A stretch of 63,656 bases of DNA, the filler included, from Octopus bimaculoides (lineage: Eukaryota), in NCBI RefSeq assembly GCF_001194135.2. It is 6 parts of 6 records of this genome, joined end to end, with 100 filler letters (N's around TTAATTAATTAA, not from the genome) between each part and the next. Parts side by side here need not be neighbours in the genome. Positions count along the whole stretch, not along the records: positions 13,817 to 39,939 come from NC_068981.1; 5 more parts are not named here. The stretch is one strand, 5' to 3'. Shown one piece after another: positions 24,445 to 37,925 of this stretch. The notes under the pieces were generated by a model. The model saw only the letters and a program-made list of their open reading frames with translations. It was not told the origin of the DNA and did not search any database. The stretch's first letter is position 1. Each line of letters opens with the position of its first letter. The translations under genes were made by a program, and so were the position numbers.

Positions 24445-25130
24445 ATATGATTTTCTGTTTGCTTTCTTTCTCTTTTCCATTTTCTTGCTTCCCTCCCACT
24501 TTTTTATTTTGTTCCCCCCTGTGTCTCTTTATCATTCTCTCTTTAAATTTTTATTCCCTCTTTCTCTTTCTCTCTATACCGACTCCAAGGGGAAAAAAAT
24601 TACCATTTTCTTTCTTTGCAGTTCGCATAAAATGGAGCATCCTCTGGGATTATATACTCGCCTGTCAAAGAAATCTACTATTGTTGTTACGGCGTCAGCA
24701 AAATTTTTTTTTTAACCCACACCACTTCATAAATCACTTACTAATTGTTTCGTGATCTGTATATTTCACTAAACGCATCGTCTTCTTTCTTGGATTGTTA
24801 TTTGAATGCTTTAAATCAATGTGTTCGTCGTTATTGCTTGGACAGCTTAAAAGACAGATCTAAAACTGAAAGGCCATATAAAAATTTGTTTTGTTTTGTT
24901 AAAATAATATTTTAGAAAATTTCAATCTAAAGTTTGAGTATTTCATTGTAGTAAAAACAAGGGTAGTGAAAAAGGAGAAACGGTAGCATGTCCGACTAAA
25001 TCTCTCACAGGATTTCGTCAGGGTTCACTCGCACCGCATGACACCTTGAGCTAGTGTCTTCTACTGCAGCCTCTGGCCGACCAAAGCCTTGTGAGTGGAT
25101 TTAATAGATGGAAACTGAAAAAAGCCCATA

Positions 25131-25166
<36 letters not shown>

Positions 25167-25789
25167 NNNNNNNNNNNNNNNNNNNNNNNNNNNNNNNNNN
25201 NNNNNNNNNNNNNNNNNNNNNNNNNNNNNNNNNNNNNNNNNNNNNNNNNNNNNNNNNNNNNNNNNNNNNNNNNNNNNNNNNNNNNNNNNNNNNNNNNNNN
25301 NNNNNNNNNNNNNNNNNNNNNNNNNNNNNNNNNNNNNNNNNNNNNNNNNNNNNNNNNNNNNNNNNNNNNNNNNNNNNNNNNNNNNNNNNNNNNNNNNNNN
25401 NNNNNNNNNNNNNNNNNNNNNNNNNNNNNNNNNNNNNNNNNNNNNNNNNNNNNNNNNNNNNNNNNNNNNNNNNNNNNNNNNNNNNNNNNNNNNNNNNNNN
25501 NNNNNNNNNNNNNNNNNNNNNNNNNNNNNNNNNNNNNNNNNNNNNNNNNTATTCAACTGAAAACAATTTAAAACGGTGCTCCAGCAATAGCTGCAGTCAA
25601 ATGACTGAAACAGGGAAAAGAGTAAAAGAACTATTCTCAGTACATTAGCGAAGGTGCGTGGCCTAGTGGTTAGAGTGTTGCATTCATGGTCGAAAAATCG
25701 TGTATTTAATCCCTGGACCAGGCGGTGTGTTTGTTCTTGATTAAAGCACTTCAAGTTACTGTAGTCCATTCAAAAAAAAAAGTTACCTC

Positions 25790-26030
25790 TCGAGTCATGC
25801 CAACTCATAAGGGCCGGTTTCTCGGTTTCCATAGCGTATAAACTCCCCACCTGGACGTGGCGCCGGTCCGTCGCAGGGTTACTCATTTTTACCAGCTGAG
25901 TGAACTGGAGCAACATGAAATGAAGTGTTTTGCTCAAGAACACAACACATCGCCCGATTCAAGAATCTAAACCACAATCCTAAGTCCAACACCCTAACCA
26001 CTAAGCCACATACCTCCACGACAGTCTATT
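25790..26030 (-). mobile_element. tRNA-derived SINE family E (related copy at 63290-63530)
   Basis: Shared AAGGG(C/T)CGGTTTC...CCGGTCCGTCGCAG body. The head is GGAGG(T/C)A..TG(G/A)C(T/C)TAGTGGT on the minus strand. Confidence 0.7.
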
Positions 26031-26829
26031 CGGTTGTAAATGAGTAACCTTGTGACAGGCTGACGACCCGTTCAAAAGGGATGTTATGATCTTGGTCACT
26101 TATACGCCATGGAAACTGGATAACCGGACCTACGAGATCTAGGTGACGAGACAGTATTGTCTCTGTGTTTTTGTACAATAAAATACACTTTACCTTACAG
26201 CTCATTTTGGTTGACAAAATATGGACCACTGATATATTGAGGTTAATTGAATATACGATATTACTTGTTTAAAACTTGACTTTGGTTCATTCTAGAACAT
26301 AATGATATTTAGCAAAGGTGACACTCTGAGGCACTTTACATTTCTCGAACGAAGTAGATCTCTGATTGGGAAGTATGTATGTTTCCCTTCAAACCCTCCC
26401 GATTTCAGAAATAATTGGGAACAGCGTATAGTTTGTGGTGAATAACTTAATGTATAATGTAGTGGTAGGGGTAACTTGATGCAAAAAGACTTGTTTGAAA
26501 GGGAAGAAGGCCTCAAGTCTCATTTGACAAATATGCGCATCTTTCTAAAAACAAAAATGAAACTTATACTTCCGAGTTCTAGTGTATCGGTTCGTAACTC
26601 TGACGATTTTGTTCTTATGTAATGTATTAAAAACTAGACGGCCTGGTGGATCCTATTTTAAAAGTCATGATTTTACAAAGCAGGTAACTGATTTAGTATA
26701 CATAAAGAAAGTACACTATGTGTACAGTCAAACAGAAATTTTATTGTTACAATAGTCAATGAGAGCTAGGAGGGATGCATAGAGAACAAAACTGAATGCA
26801 ACATCTTATTTTACAGTATTTGCCTCAGT

Positions 26830-27206
26830 GTTGGAACTCCGTCGCTTACGACGACGAGGGTTCCAGTTGATCGGATCAACAGAACAGCCTGCTCGTGAAA
26901 TTAACGTGCAAGTGGCTGAGCACTCCACAGACACGTGTACCCTTAACATAGTTCTCGGGGATATTCAGCGTGACACAGTGTGACAAGGCTGACCCTTTGA
27001 ATTACAGGTACAACAGAAACAGGAAGTAAGAGAAAGTTGTGGTGAAAGAGTACAGCAGGGTTCGCCACCATCCCCTGCCGGAGCCTCGTGGAGTTTTAGG
27101 TGTTTTCGCTCAATAAACACTCACAACGCCCGGTCTGGGAATCGCGACCGCGATCCTATGACCGCGAGTCCGCTGCCCTAATCACTGGGCCATTGCGCCT
27201 CCACAC
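26830..27206 (-). mobile_element. SINE family D, full length with 10-bp TSD
   Basis: Reverse complement of the 15936 copy. TSD TTGCCTCAGT at 26820-26829 and 27207-27216. Confidence 0.92.
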
Positions 27207-28109
27207 TTGCCTCAGTAGTTATTTATATATTTACATATGGATGGAGAGATCAGGGGTGATATTATGGCCAAATTTGTCCGTGATTCAGGTTTAATTCACG
27301 ATTCTAGGCACATTTATACGGCCATAAATAATGAAAACATGCGATCGAAATTTCTATAAGAATTTTCATTAAACACAATTTTTATTTATAAGCTTCTTAC
27401 ATGGATTTATAGAACTTGGAAAGACGATCTTGCATTCATAATTTTCAAGTGAATGGAATTTTTCTACCACTGAGAATTGAAACTGGTCTCCGAACTCGAT
27501 TCGTCTGGAGATGAAATGATAGTTTTTTGTCCAGGCATAAAACCGATTCTTGCAGCTGAAAAGAAGTATAAATAATTTGATCAATCAGCCTTAGTATATT
27601 TTTTTTACTTCTTAGTCTTGGAAGGAAGAACAATACCGAGGGCACCTTATTACCATTTTTTTTTTTCAAGATCTTCGAGGAAGAGAAGTTATCCTCTAAT
27701 CGAAAACCTGATCCGAGTACTTGTAAGTGAACTTCACTAAAGGCACCCAATGGGAGTGTAGTGCTATTAAACCGGGTCACGAATTAAGTTTATCACCCAA
27801 GAGTTCAGAACACAAAGAGTCATATTAAATCGCACAAGGCATTTCGCCCATCGCTTAAACAAATCCTCCATTTTCACGCCTTCGGCTGGTACTATTTCTT
27901 CGAGTAAAGTTAATTTCAGTGTGTTTTGAACTCAAAGCACAGTGACCTGAAACATATACCGCAAGACATTATGTCCAACTCTTCATTCGCCGCTTATAAT
28001 GTTATACTATCGTATTACTGATAGTGGTTTGATCAACCCAAAATGGACGAACAGTAGAATCAACTTGAGTCAGGTTCGAACTCAGAACTCAAATAATGGT
28101 TTCAAAAAA

Positions 28110-28490
28110 GGGAAGTGGGCTAAGTCAATTTCAGCTGGTACTTATTTTATCGATCCCGAAAGGATGAAAAGCAAAGTCGAACTCGGCTGAATTTCAACCC
28201 AGAACGTAAAGCGCCGGAAGCATTTTGTCCGACTCATTAACGATTCTAAGATATTTAGATCTATAAAACAATTGTTTCTAAGCATAGGAACGGAACCACG
28301 CATTTAGAGGTAGTCTTAGCTGATATATCAATTAATCTCAATACTTGACTGGCACCTTATTTTATCGATCTCAGAAGAATGAAATGTAAAGGTAACCTCG
28401 AGGGGATCTGAACTCAGCACGTTAAGATCCGAAACACCAACCGCAAGCAGTGAGATATTTTGTCTGACGCTCGAACAATTCTGCTGTCTG
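28110..28490 (-). mobile_element. two degraded SINE family B copies
   Basis: GGTACTTATTTTATCGATCCCGAAAGGATGAAAAGCAAAGTCGAACTCGG and a more diverged second copy. Confidence 0.65.
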
Positions 28491-29554
28491 GCGTCACAGT
28501 AACATTACTAACAAATGTAAGCAACGCTGAAACTGAAATGTGAGATAGTGTGTATCTCAGAAATGGAAAAAAAGAAAGAAAAAAAGCTACGAAAATTAAG
28601 ATAGAAGAGTTATGAAGAAAAGTAAGATATATTTATCTTTTACTAATATTTTTTATCCGTTTTTCTTTCTGTGGTAGGTAGAATTGAAGCAGCTTTTTAA
28701 TTTTCCTATGACTTTTTTATTCTTTCTTTTGCGATTTATTTCCTATTTTTCTATATTTTTCTTTTTCTCTGGTTTTTTTTTTTTTTTGGACAAGGGATAT
28801 AATTTGACCAAACAACTTAATCTGCTACCATTTAAGCGCAGATGCTACAGCTACACTGGAGAAGTACCTGCTGGCGTAGAAATAAAGCATAAGATAAATA
28901 AGACGAATGAGAGAGGATGAGAGAAATAAGGCGAAGAGATAAAATAAATAAACAGTGGAACGTATGAAAACGTTGATTTTCTAATTTCATTTTGGGAGAC
29001 CATCATCAATCTGCACTTGTATATGATGGTGCCAATGTTCAACATCCACAATTCAAGAAACAATTAAGACTTGGAAGGGTTTGGCAGCGTTCCTGAATAT
29101 ATTTATTTAATAGCGATCCCGTTTCGCAATTAATTTGTACAAAATATACAATAGTAAGAGCTGGATGTGTTAGTATACACGTGTTTGTATGTGTGTATAT
29201 ATGAATATGTGTATGTGTATGTGTGTGAATATGTGTATGTGTGTGAATATGTGTATGTGTGTGTGTACACGCACAAAATTATATGAGTGCGTGTGTGCGT
29301 GAACGGCTCTCAAAACGGCTTTCCTACGACTACCTTGAACCTGGGAAGAGTTGGCATGATCGAAATCGGTATGGTTCTAATTGGTATGATTAGAAGCATT
29401 CGATTAAGAAGTGATGTAATATGCTAGGAGAGAAGACAGGTTTAGAATACTGTACCAAAACATACCTTAGATAGAAGCACCATTCCAAACCTGAGGAGCA
29501 ACATTTATGGGTATGTTATTCATCTTTTATAAATCGCATGCAATATGCATACTC

Positions 29555-29850
29555 TTTTAATCTTTTACTTGTTTCAATCATTTGACTGTGACCATGCTGG
29601 AGCACCGCCTTTAGTCGAGCAAATCGACCCCGGGACTTATTCTTTGTAAGCCTAGTACTTATTCTATCGGCCTCTTTTGCCGAACCGCTAAGTGACGGGG
29701 ACATAAGCACAGCAGCATCGGTTGTCAAGCAATGCTAGGGGGACAAACACAGACACACAAACACACACACACATATATATATACATATATACGACGGGCT
29801 TCTTTCAGTTTCCGTCTACCAAATCCACTCACAAGGCTTTAGTCGGGCCG
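29555..29850 (-). mobile_element. SINE family A, well preserved
   Basis: TACTCTTTTAATCTTTTACTTGTTTCAATC...GACGGGCTTCTTTCAGTTTCCGTCTACCAAATCCACTCACAAGGC. Confidence 0.85.
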
Positions 29851-29928
29851 AGGCATATATATGCTTATATATTACAGAAACAAACTCTTATCAAACACAT
29901 TCTTCCACTTTCGCAATATACTGTTTCT

Positions 29929-30158
29929 TATTTCTTTATTGCCCACAAGGGGGCTAAACATAGAGGGGACAAACAAGGACAAAGGGATTAAGCCGATTAC
30001 ATCGACCCCAGTGCGTAACTGGTACTTAATTTATAGACCCCGAAAGGATGAAAGGTAAAGTCGACCTCGGCATAATTTGAACTCAGAACGTAGCGGCAGA
30101 CGAAATACCGCTAAGCATTTCGCCCGGCGTGCTAACGTTTCTGCCAGCTCGCCGCCTT
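29929..30158 (-). mobile_element. SINE family B (MetaSINE-like), full length with 13-bp TSD
   Basis: Intact A/B boxes and Meta core. TSD ATATACTGTTTCT at 29916-29928 and 30159-30171. Confidence 0.93.
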
Positions 30159-30454
30159 ATATACTGTTTCTGCTGTGCGCAATAATGTGCATGAACCGAA
30201 ATTTAGACTTTGAAGATATCTTCGTCAGAATGTATTTCCAATGACAGATCAGACCGTTCTAGTGGAGTTACTCAGTTTTGTCTGTAATGATTGCCCTTGA
30301 CTTTCTTAAACTGTATCGGCTGGTCTTAAGTGTCATTGTTGTATGACAGTGAGTTGCTTCACCGAATGTTGAATGATGAGGCGGTTATCATTTGACAAAG
30401 TGAAGCCACACATACACACCAACACAACTATTAATGTCTGATTTTATGGGAAGT

Positions 30455-30644
30455 TATCTGTTGTCTTTTACTTGTTTCAATCATTAGACTGCGGTCATGC
30501 TGGGGCACCGCCTTGACCTAGTAATTTTTTAAAGCTTGGTACTTATTCTATCGGACACTTTTACCGAACCGCTAAGTTACATGGACGTAAACACACCAAC
30601 ACCGATTGTCAAGCGGTAGCGGAGAACAAACATATACACATACG

Positions 30645-30689
<45 letters not shown>

Positions 30690-30810
30690 CGGGTTTCATT
30701 CAGTTTTTGTCTACCAAATCCTCTCACAATGCTTTGGCCGACCCGAGGCTATAATAGAAGATACTTGCCCAAGGTGCCGCTCACTAGGAATCATGTGGTT
30801 GGGAAGCAAG
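30455..30810 (-). mobile_element. SINE family A
   Basis: CTTTTACTTGTTTCAATC...ACTTGCCCAAGGTGCCGC...CATGTGGTTGGGAAGCAAGC. Confidence 0.8.
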
Positions 30811-31416
30811 CNNNNNNNNNNNNNNNNNNNNNNNNNNNNNNNNNNNNNNNNNNNNNNNNNNNNNNNNNNNNNNNNNNNNNNNNNNNNNNNNNNNNNNNNN
30901 NNNNNNNNNNNNNNNNNNNNNNNNNNNNNNNNNNNNNNNNNNNNNNNNNNNNNNNNNNNNNNNNNNNNNNNNNNNNNNNNNNNNNNNNNNNNNNNNNNNN
31001 NNNNNNNNNNNNNNNNNNNNNNNNNNNNNNNNNNNNNNNNNNNNNNNNNNNNNNNNNNNNNNNNNNNNNNNNNNNNNNNNNNNNNNNNNNNNNNNNNNNN
31101 NNNNNNNNNNNNNNNNNNNNNNNNNNNNNNNNNNNNNNNNNNNNNNNNNNNNNNNNNNNNNNNNNNNNNNNNNNNNNNNNNNNNNNNNNNNNNNNNNNNN
31201 NNNNNNNNNNNNNNNNNNNNNNNNNNNNNNNNNNNNNNNNNNNNNNNNNNNNNNNNNNNNNNNNNNNNNNNNNNNNNNNNNNNNNNNNNNNNNNNNNNNN
31301 NNNNNNNNNNNNNNNNNNNNNNNNNNNNNNNNNNNNNNNNNNNNNNNNNNNNNNNNNNNNNNNNNNNNNNNNNNNNNNNNNNNNNNNNNNNNNNNNNNNG
31401 ATATAATCGACTAGCC

Positions 31417-31713
31417 CAGGGGTTTTCAAACTTTTTGACTTGTGGACCCCTTTATATTTCAGGCTTTACCTTAGGGACCCCCTTATAAACGCTTATGAAA
31501 TTTATACATAAATATTTGCTTAAAATAACATATATTTTTACATTTATTTATTTAACAGTACTTAACAAATAGGTTTATTGTCAATTAAAAGATTTCGATT
31601 AAAAAACATATATAAAATCAAATTGCCCACAAAAAGTATTTGCTGTCCACGGACCCCCTGTCTTGTCCTTGCGGACCCCTTGTGGTCCGCGGACCACAGT
31701 TTGAAAACCCCTG
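31417..31713. mobile_element. hAT MITE with perfect 16-bp TIRs and 8-bp TSD
   Basis: CAGGGGTTTTCAAACT ... AGTTTGAAAACCCCTG. TSD GACTAGCC at 31409-31416 and 31714-31721. Confidence 0.96.
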
Positions 31714-31744
31714 GACTAGCCCACTCCTACAAAATTTCAAACCT

Positions 31745-32110
31745 TCAGCTGACAGAATCATTAGGATGCCGGGCAATATGCCGCTAAGCATTTATGTTTT
31801 AAGTTCAAATTCCACCGAGGTCGATTTCGCCGTTCATCATTTCAGGGTCGATAAGATAAGCACCAGTCGAGCAGTGAGGTCAATGTAATTGACTTGTTCC
31901 CTCCCACCGAATTTCAGGATTATTATTATTATTAAGGCGGCGAGTTGGCGGAATGTTTAACTCGCCGGGTGAAATGCTTAACAGTATTTCGTTTATCGCT
32001 ACGTTCTGAGTTCAAATTCCACCAAGGTCGACTTTGCCTTTCATCCTTTCGGGGTCGATAAAACAAGTGCCACTTGAACACTGGAATCGATGTGGCAAAA
32101 TTTGAAACCA
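31745..32110 (+). mobile_element. two tandem SINE family B copies
   Basis: AAGGCGGCGAGTTGGCGGAAT...GAGTTCAAATTCCACCAAGGTCGACTTTGCCTTTCATCCTTTCGGGGTCG, with TTA runs between the copies. Confidence 0.8.
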
Positions 32111-32127
32111 TTGTTATTATTATTATT

Positions 32128-32163
<36 letters not shown>

Positions 32164-32164
32164 A

Positions 32165-32704
32165 TTGAGTGAGAGAGCAGCGCATGCCAGCAAAGTGACA
32201 CTGGGGTATAAGTATGCGAAGCCCAATATATACATCATGACTACGCGTCTGAAAAGGGTATACCGAGCACATGCATCACAGCCATATGTGCGCGATATGG
32301 TGATTTACAGCACGTGACTGCAGGTGGGACCCAGTTAGAATTTTCTTCAAGATGAGTAGCCCATCCCACTCAAAAGCTCCCTGAATAAGGGTTGTTCAAT
32401 GATTTTGAACGGATCATCCATGTTTCCAGAGGTGAATTATTCAAACCACAAAGAATTCCTCTCAACACATGGCTATGATGTTTCCCCATTATTTCTGCTC
32501 GTACTCAGAGATGCACATATAGTCAGCACCAAGGGACATACTCAACTGGTTATGGTCAAACAACTAACAAACAAATCTGTGGTACTGAGCAGAATATTTA
32601 CTGTAGCCTCTCTGTTATGCCAGGACAAAACGTGTACATGATAACACTTCCAATCAGTTAAGATCAGAAGCCATGAGAGCTAGTGCCTGGTATTGCATCA
32701 GCGC

Positions 32705-32710
<6 letters not shown>
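32165..32710. repeat. probable unclassified non-autonomous repeat embedded between (TTG/TTA)n tracts
   Basis: A block of more balanced composition with sharp microsatellite borders and no credible ORF. I recall it as a recurrent octopus repeat but cannot verify that here. Confidence 0.45.
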
Positions 32711-32759
<49 letters not shown>

Positions 32760-34269
32760 AATTGCTTCTGTGGAAGTTGTTGTTGTTGTTGCTGTTGTTA
32801 AATAACCCTTACACCTGCTCAAGTCTAAAGCGCTGAATGATGTAAAGCGCATTACTTGATTGCATGCAGCACATTTCTTTTCTTCTCCATCACCTCATTA
32901 CAAACAATAGTTAACTTTAATGTAAACTTTATTTACTGAATTTCATCACTTACTGTCATTGTCTAACGGTTAAGGAAAAACTCTGAAGAAACGGGAGAAT
33001 GATGGAGGAACGGTGAAAGAAATGGTAGGGGACAAAAATATATCTGAGTAGGTAATGAGAAAGAAAGAAAGAGAGAGAGAAGGAGAGAGAGAAAGAAGGA
33101 AGGAAGGAAGGAAAGACAATAAACGATAGAACGGATGAGAGATTAGGGAGCTTAAGAAATAAAAGAGAATAATGAAAAAGAGAGAAACATGGAAGAATTA
33201 AATAGGTATGCTGAAGCATGTCTGTAAGTCGACTTTGCTCTTCATTCTTTCGTGTTCGATAAAATAAGTACCATTTGAGTACTGGCGTCGACGTAATCAA
33301 CTGACCCCCTTCCCCGAATTTGCTGGCCTTGCGCCCAAATTTGAAATTAATATTCAAATCGTGTGCTGGTTTGTATATACAAACACTCGCATACGTTTAC
33401 TCAATGTATACATATTAGGCAAGCAGCGAAATACATGTCATGTATATAAACGAATTAGTAATCTAAACGGCGTGGAATATCTCAAACAAGTAGTATTTAT
33501 TATTTTTTTTTTTTAATTGTGATATTAATAGTTTGTTTTAGTTTATTTCATTGTTTCAATTGTTAATATCGTGTTATCGTTAACATATACGAAATTATAT
33601 TACTGTGATATTGTTTAATATATCTCACGAACGGTAACAGTGACTGAAACGCTCTTAACGTCTAACACTAAATTTTCATTTGGGTGTTGGCTTTTTCAGA
33701 TCATACTTGCCACCTCTATATCACAGCTGGATAAACGTTGCCACCATATCGAAACATCGCAATGGCAGCTTCGTCCCATGAAAACAGCAAATTGACATAA
33801 TAGAACGCGTATTACTGTAGACAAGGCAAGCCAGTGAGAGAACTGCTGTGTGGTCGTTCGACCTACTAAATATAGCAATTAAATCTCCCTCAAATTATAT
33901 CCTGCCGTCCTAAAATGGGATGGATACTTTTGATAATGTAGAGATGGATTGATCGCAGCTTGAATGCCTTCGATCGTAGACTTACCTAAGAATCCAACAA
34001 TTCAGCTGCCCAGTCAGCGGGTTTCTGCGTCTGCAATACATTTAGTTATTCTAAAAATCAGTTAAGGGAAATATATAGTTTAGTCCTCAGATCATTCATA
34101 GCTGAACAGACTTAAGGTTATAGGTGTTTCATCTATCACTATTTCGACTTTCTTTTTAAGACGGCAATCTGAGGGAAATTCCTCTTCTGTTTTTAGATGT
34201 TAGACGACAATATAAAAGCTCCCTAGTTGGCACGTAAAAAAAACAGTACATTAGAACAAATCACATCAC

Positions 34270-34340
<71 letters not shown>

Positions 34341-35109
34341 TAAGTGTTCTCTGAATTCTTTGTCTCATATTTTTCCCATTTCAAAAAAAAAAAAAATTAT
34401 TCCTACACACTCTTTAGTCAGATTCTTCCTGTTTGCCAACTAATTTTTCAGTCAAATAAATAATTCAATCCATTACTTAGTTCTGGAGATACAGTAAACA
34501 GAAAAGATGAAGAAAAGAACGCTATCGTCTAAATAAATACAATAATGTCAGCCGATACTCTGGCACTTTGAGTCGTCTGCTCTCTAATGGCGGTGAAGTG
34601 TCAAATCTGAGACCTTAATCCCTTCTTAATCGACCGCAGAATATATTTATCAGCTCATACATTTGAAGAATTGTTTCTGGTCTTGTTTCGTTCGTCGTTT
34701 CCTCTCTCGTATTTTAACACTGATACTTCTTCATTTAATGCCATAACTTTTATGAATACTGTTGTTGTTTTCGTTCTTTGCTTATGGTAACTTTACTTTT
34801 AATTGTTGTGGTTCTATGACTGTTTTTTTGTAATGTCTTTTTTTTTAATGCTAGAACATTCGTTATAATTGTTAGCTGTTGTTTCTGTAGTTCTACCCAT
34901 CTTTGATCTTTAATTTTTGATTATTTTTTAGTTTCTGACACGCGTGTTCCATACGCTAACATACGGACATGCAAATATATTGGATAGCTACAAACGACAG
35001 ATGGATGTTTCTATGTGTATGTATGTATGTATGCATGCATGTATGTGCGTCTGTGTATCTGTGTGTGTCTGTGTGTATGCATATATGTATGTATGTATTT
35101 ATTTATATA

Positions 35110-35353
35110 CAGTAATCCCTCGACTATTGCGGGTGTTACGTTCCAAAAACACCCGCGATAGGTGAAAATCTGCGACGTAGAAACAGTACTTTATTTTTTT
35201 AATATTATTTTTATAATTTGTATATATATTTTTATCGTAAATGCGAAACAACAACACGGAGGAATCGACATAAGTTTAAATAATAAACCGCGATAGGTGA
35301 ACCGCGATAGGTGAACCATGATAGGTGAACCGCGATATGGCGAGTGATTACCG
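35110..35353. mobile_element. Tigger-like MITE with TA TSD
   Basis: TA|CAGTAATCCCTCGACTATTGCG ... CGCGATATGGCGAGTGATTACCG|TA, with subterminal CCGCGATAGGTGAA repeats. Confidence 0.88.
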
Positions 35354-36179
35354 TATATATTAACTTAAATTGTTTTTTTATAATTGACAAAAGAACAAAC
35401 GTTAATATATATTTATATGTATATGTATATATATATTTATACGTGTGTATGTATGTAATGCTTATGAATGTGTGTAGGTGTGTATTTTTGTGTGTACGCG
35501 TATATATATGTATGTATATACACACACACACACACATACACAGTGCCTGTGTGGTAAGAAGCTTGCTTCCCAACCACATGGTCCCAGGTTCACTCCCACT
35601 GCATAATACCTTGGGCAAGTGTCTTCTCGGACCGAGATATTGCATAAGTTTTATTCCCGGGTTTATTCAGTAAGGAAAATAAGAATAATTAATGATGGAC
35701 TACCGCCATTTTTCGCATATTGCTTTGATAACACTAAACTAAACAACGTCGTTTTGTGTTGAAGAACCGTTTACAGTTTGTGGAATGTGTGCCATTGTTT
35801 ACACTTAGCGTTTACTTAAGAGCATTTCAATTGCTATAGATTTGTCATTCGACAAATTTGCAAATAGAGTATATGTTACATTAGAGTCGTCACTCCTTCA
35901 CTAGAAATTAAAGCAATGTAAATGAGACGGTTATATTCTGTAATTCTCGAATTTCCGAGTTCAGTGAATTCGATCAAAAAGACTGCAACATGCATTCATA
36001 TGCAGCACATACATACATACACATGCATAGATTTATATGTACAAATGCATTCATACACAAGGGTCATCATATCTTCAGCAGATAGCAGGACAATAAATAC
36101 CGAATGCCCAACTATTTGTAACTAAATTGCAAAATTAAGATATTAAAATTTTAAACTCATTTATCTATGTACGTAAGTA

Positions 36180-36697
36180 CGGATGCATAGGTATCGCCAC
36201 ATACATACATACATACATACATACACACATACATACACACATGCATACATACATATACACACTCAAACATTATACACACACACATACATACAGAGAGATA
36301 GATAGATAGATAGATAGATAGATACAAACATACATACATACATGCATACATACACACACACACATACATACATACATACATACATACACACAGGCATACA
36401 TACATACATATATACACACATACACACATACATACATACATACATACANNNNNNNNNNNNNNNNNNNNNNNNNNNNNNNNNNNNNNNNNNNNNNNNNNNN
36501 NNNNNNNNNNNNNNNNNNNNNNNNNNNNNNNNNNNNNNNNNNNNNNNNATGCATACATACATGCAAACATACATACATACATACACACATACACACATAC
36601 ACACACACATACATACATACATACATACATGCATACATACATACATACATACATACATGCAAACATACATACATACATACATACATACATACATACA

Positions 36698-36731
<34 letters not shown>

Positions 36732-36735
36732 CATA
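36180..36735. repeat. (CATA)n microsatellite with internal gap
   Basis: Visible directly. Confidence 0.95.
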
Positions 36736-37524
36736 TGCGCAGGTGTGTGTAACTGTTTTTGATTGGGTGTTCACTTACCTGATCTAATGTTTTGTTGCTT
36801 TTTTTCTGATGTATTTTTTTTTTTTTTTTCCTTATTTCAATATCGTCCATCAATAAAAATCGCATTTGAAAAGGGATATAATCTCTGGATGAAATGAAAT
36901 ACCGGTGGTTATGTTGAGAAGGTAGCGGCAAGAGGAATACCATGATTAGCTCTGAGCAGATATAAACTTCTCTCAATTAAATTTCTACTGTCCTCATGAT
37001 ATGAGTTGAGGTGAAACGATACTGGATACTTACAGGCTACCGATTTAGGCCATTTTGCAATCTTGCAGTGTTTTTAAGACATCTTATGGAGTGACTGAAA
37101 CTGCTACTATGTGAACCAGTCTGTATAAACGACTCGGTCTGCTTTGTTGTTATTTGATTACTTGTTCGATTTGAATCCTTTTTCGATATCATTTGTTATG
37201 GTGCCATACTAACAGTCCAAACTATAGCTATGACTAGGTGGGTGTATTGACACTACCCAATGTGATATTCTTGAAGAAGGCAACACTATTAGACCAAATT
37301 TTTTCACAGATGAAGAGCTCAAATTTGGGTGGCTTAGTCCCAGGTCAACACTGAGAGGACAAACCTATGATCAAAGACATTCCAGTCATGACCATCACAT
37401 CTGATGTGACTTTTCTTTTTCTAAGTCGACAGGGTGTGGTATCAGGGAGATTTAGCTGTTGTTTTATATGATCCACTGACCATGTAGTGGCTCCCTTACT
37501 GGATGGTGAAATTTTAAGGTTTAT

Positions 37525-37925
37525 ATTTTACCTTTTATCTTCTACTTGTTTCAATCACTGGACTGCGGCCTTGCTGGAGCAATACCTTGAAGGATTTAGT
37601 TGAATGAATTGACCCCAGTACTTTTTATTTTTAAGCCTGGTACTTATTCTATCATTCTCTTCTTCACCGAACCACTAAGTTACGGGACATGAAGAAACCA
37701 ACACCAGTTGTCAAGCGGTGGTGTAATACAGACACAAACACAAAGGCATATATATATTCGACAGACTTCTTTCAGTTTCCTTCTACCAGATCCATTCGCA
37801 AGGCTCTTGTCGGCTTGGAGCTAACGTAGAAGACATGCCCTAGGAGTCATGCAGTGGGACTGAATCTGAAATCATGTGATTGGCAAGCAAGCAAGCTTCT
37901 TACCACATAGATATGCCTGCACCAG
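37525..37925 (-). mobile_element. SINE family A, near-full diverged copy
   Basis: TACTTGTTTCAATCACTGGACTGCGGCC...CTTTCAGTTTCC...GCTTCTTACCACATAG. Confidence 0.75.

Noticed and set aside
27670-27722. Plus-strand ttttcaag...gtaagt candidate micro-exon
   Set aside because: No recognisable protein similarity and no partner exons.
33991-34035. 45-nt minus-strand AG/GT-bounded segment reading RRNPLTGQLNCWIL (vaguely GalT-like)
   Set aside because: It lies between or within degraded repeat remnants, two of three frames have stops, and the motif spacing does not match GalT.
36779-36976. Strong minus-strand donor CAG|GTAAGT ending an open frame
   Set aside because: The frame has no SCOT or other recognisable similarity and includes a poly-A/K run. 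No clear acceptor.
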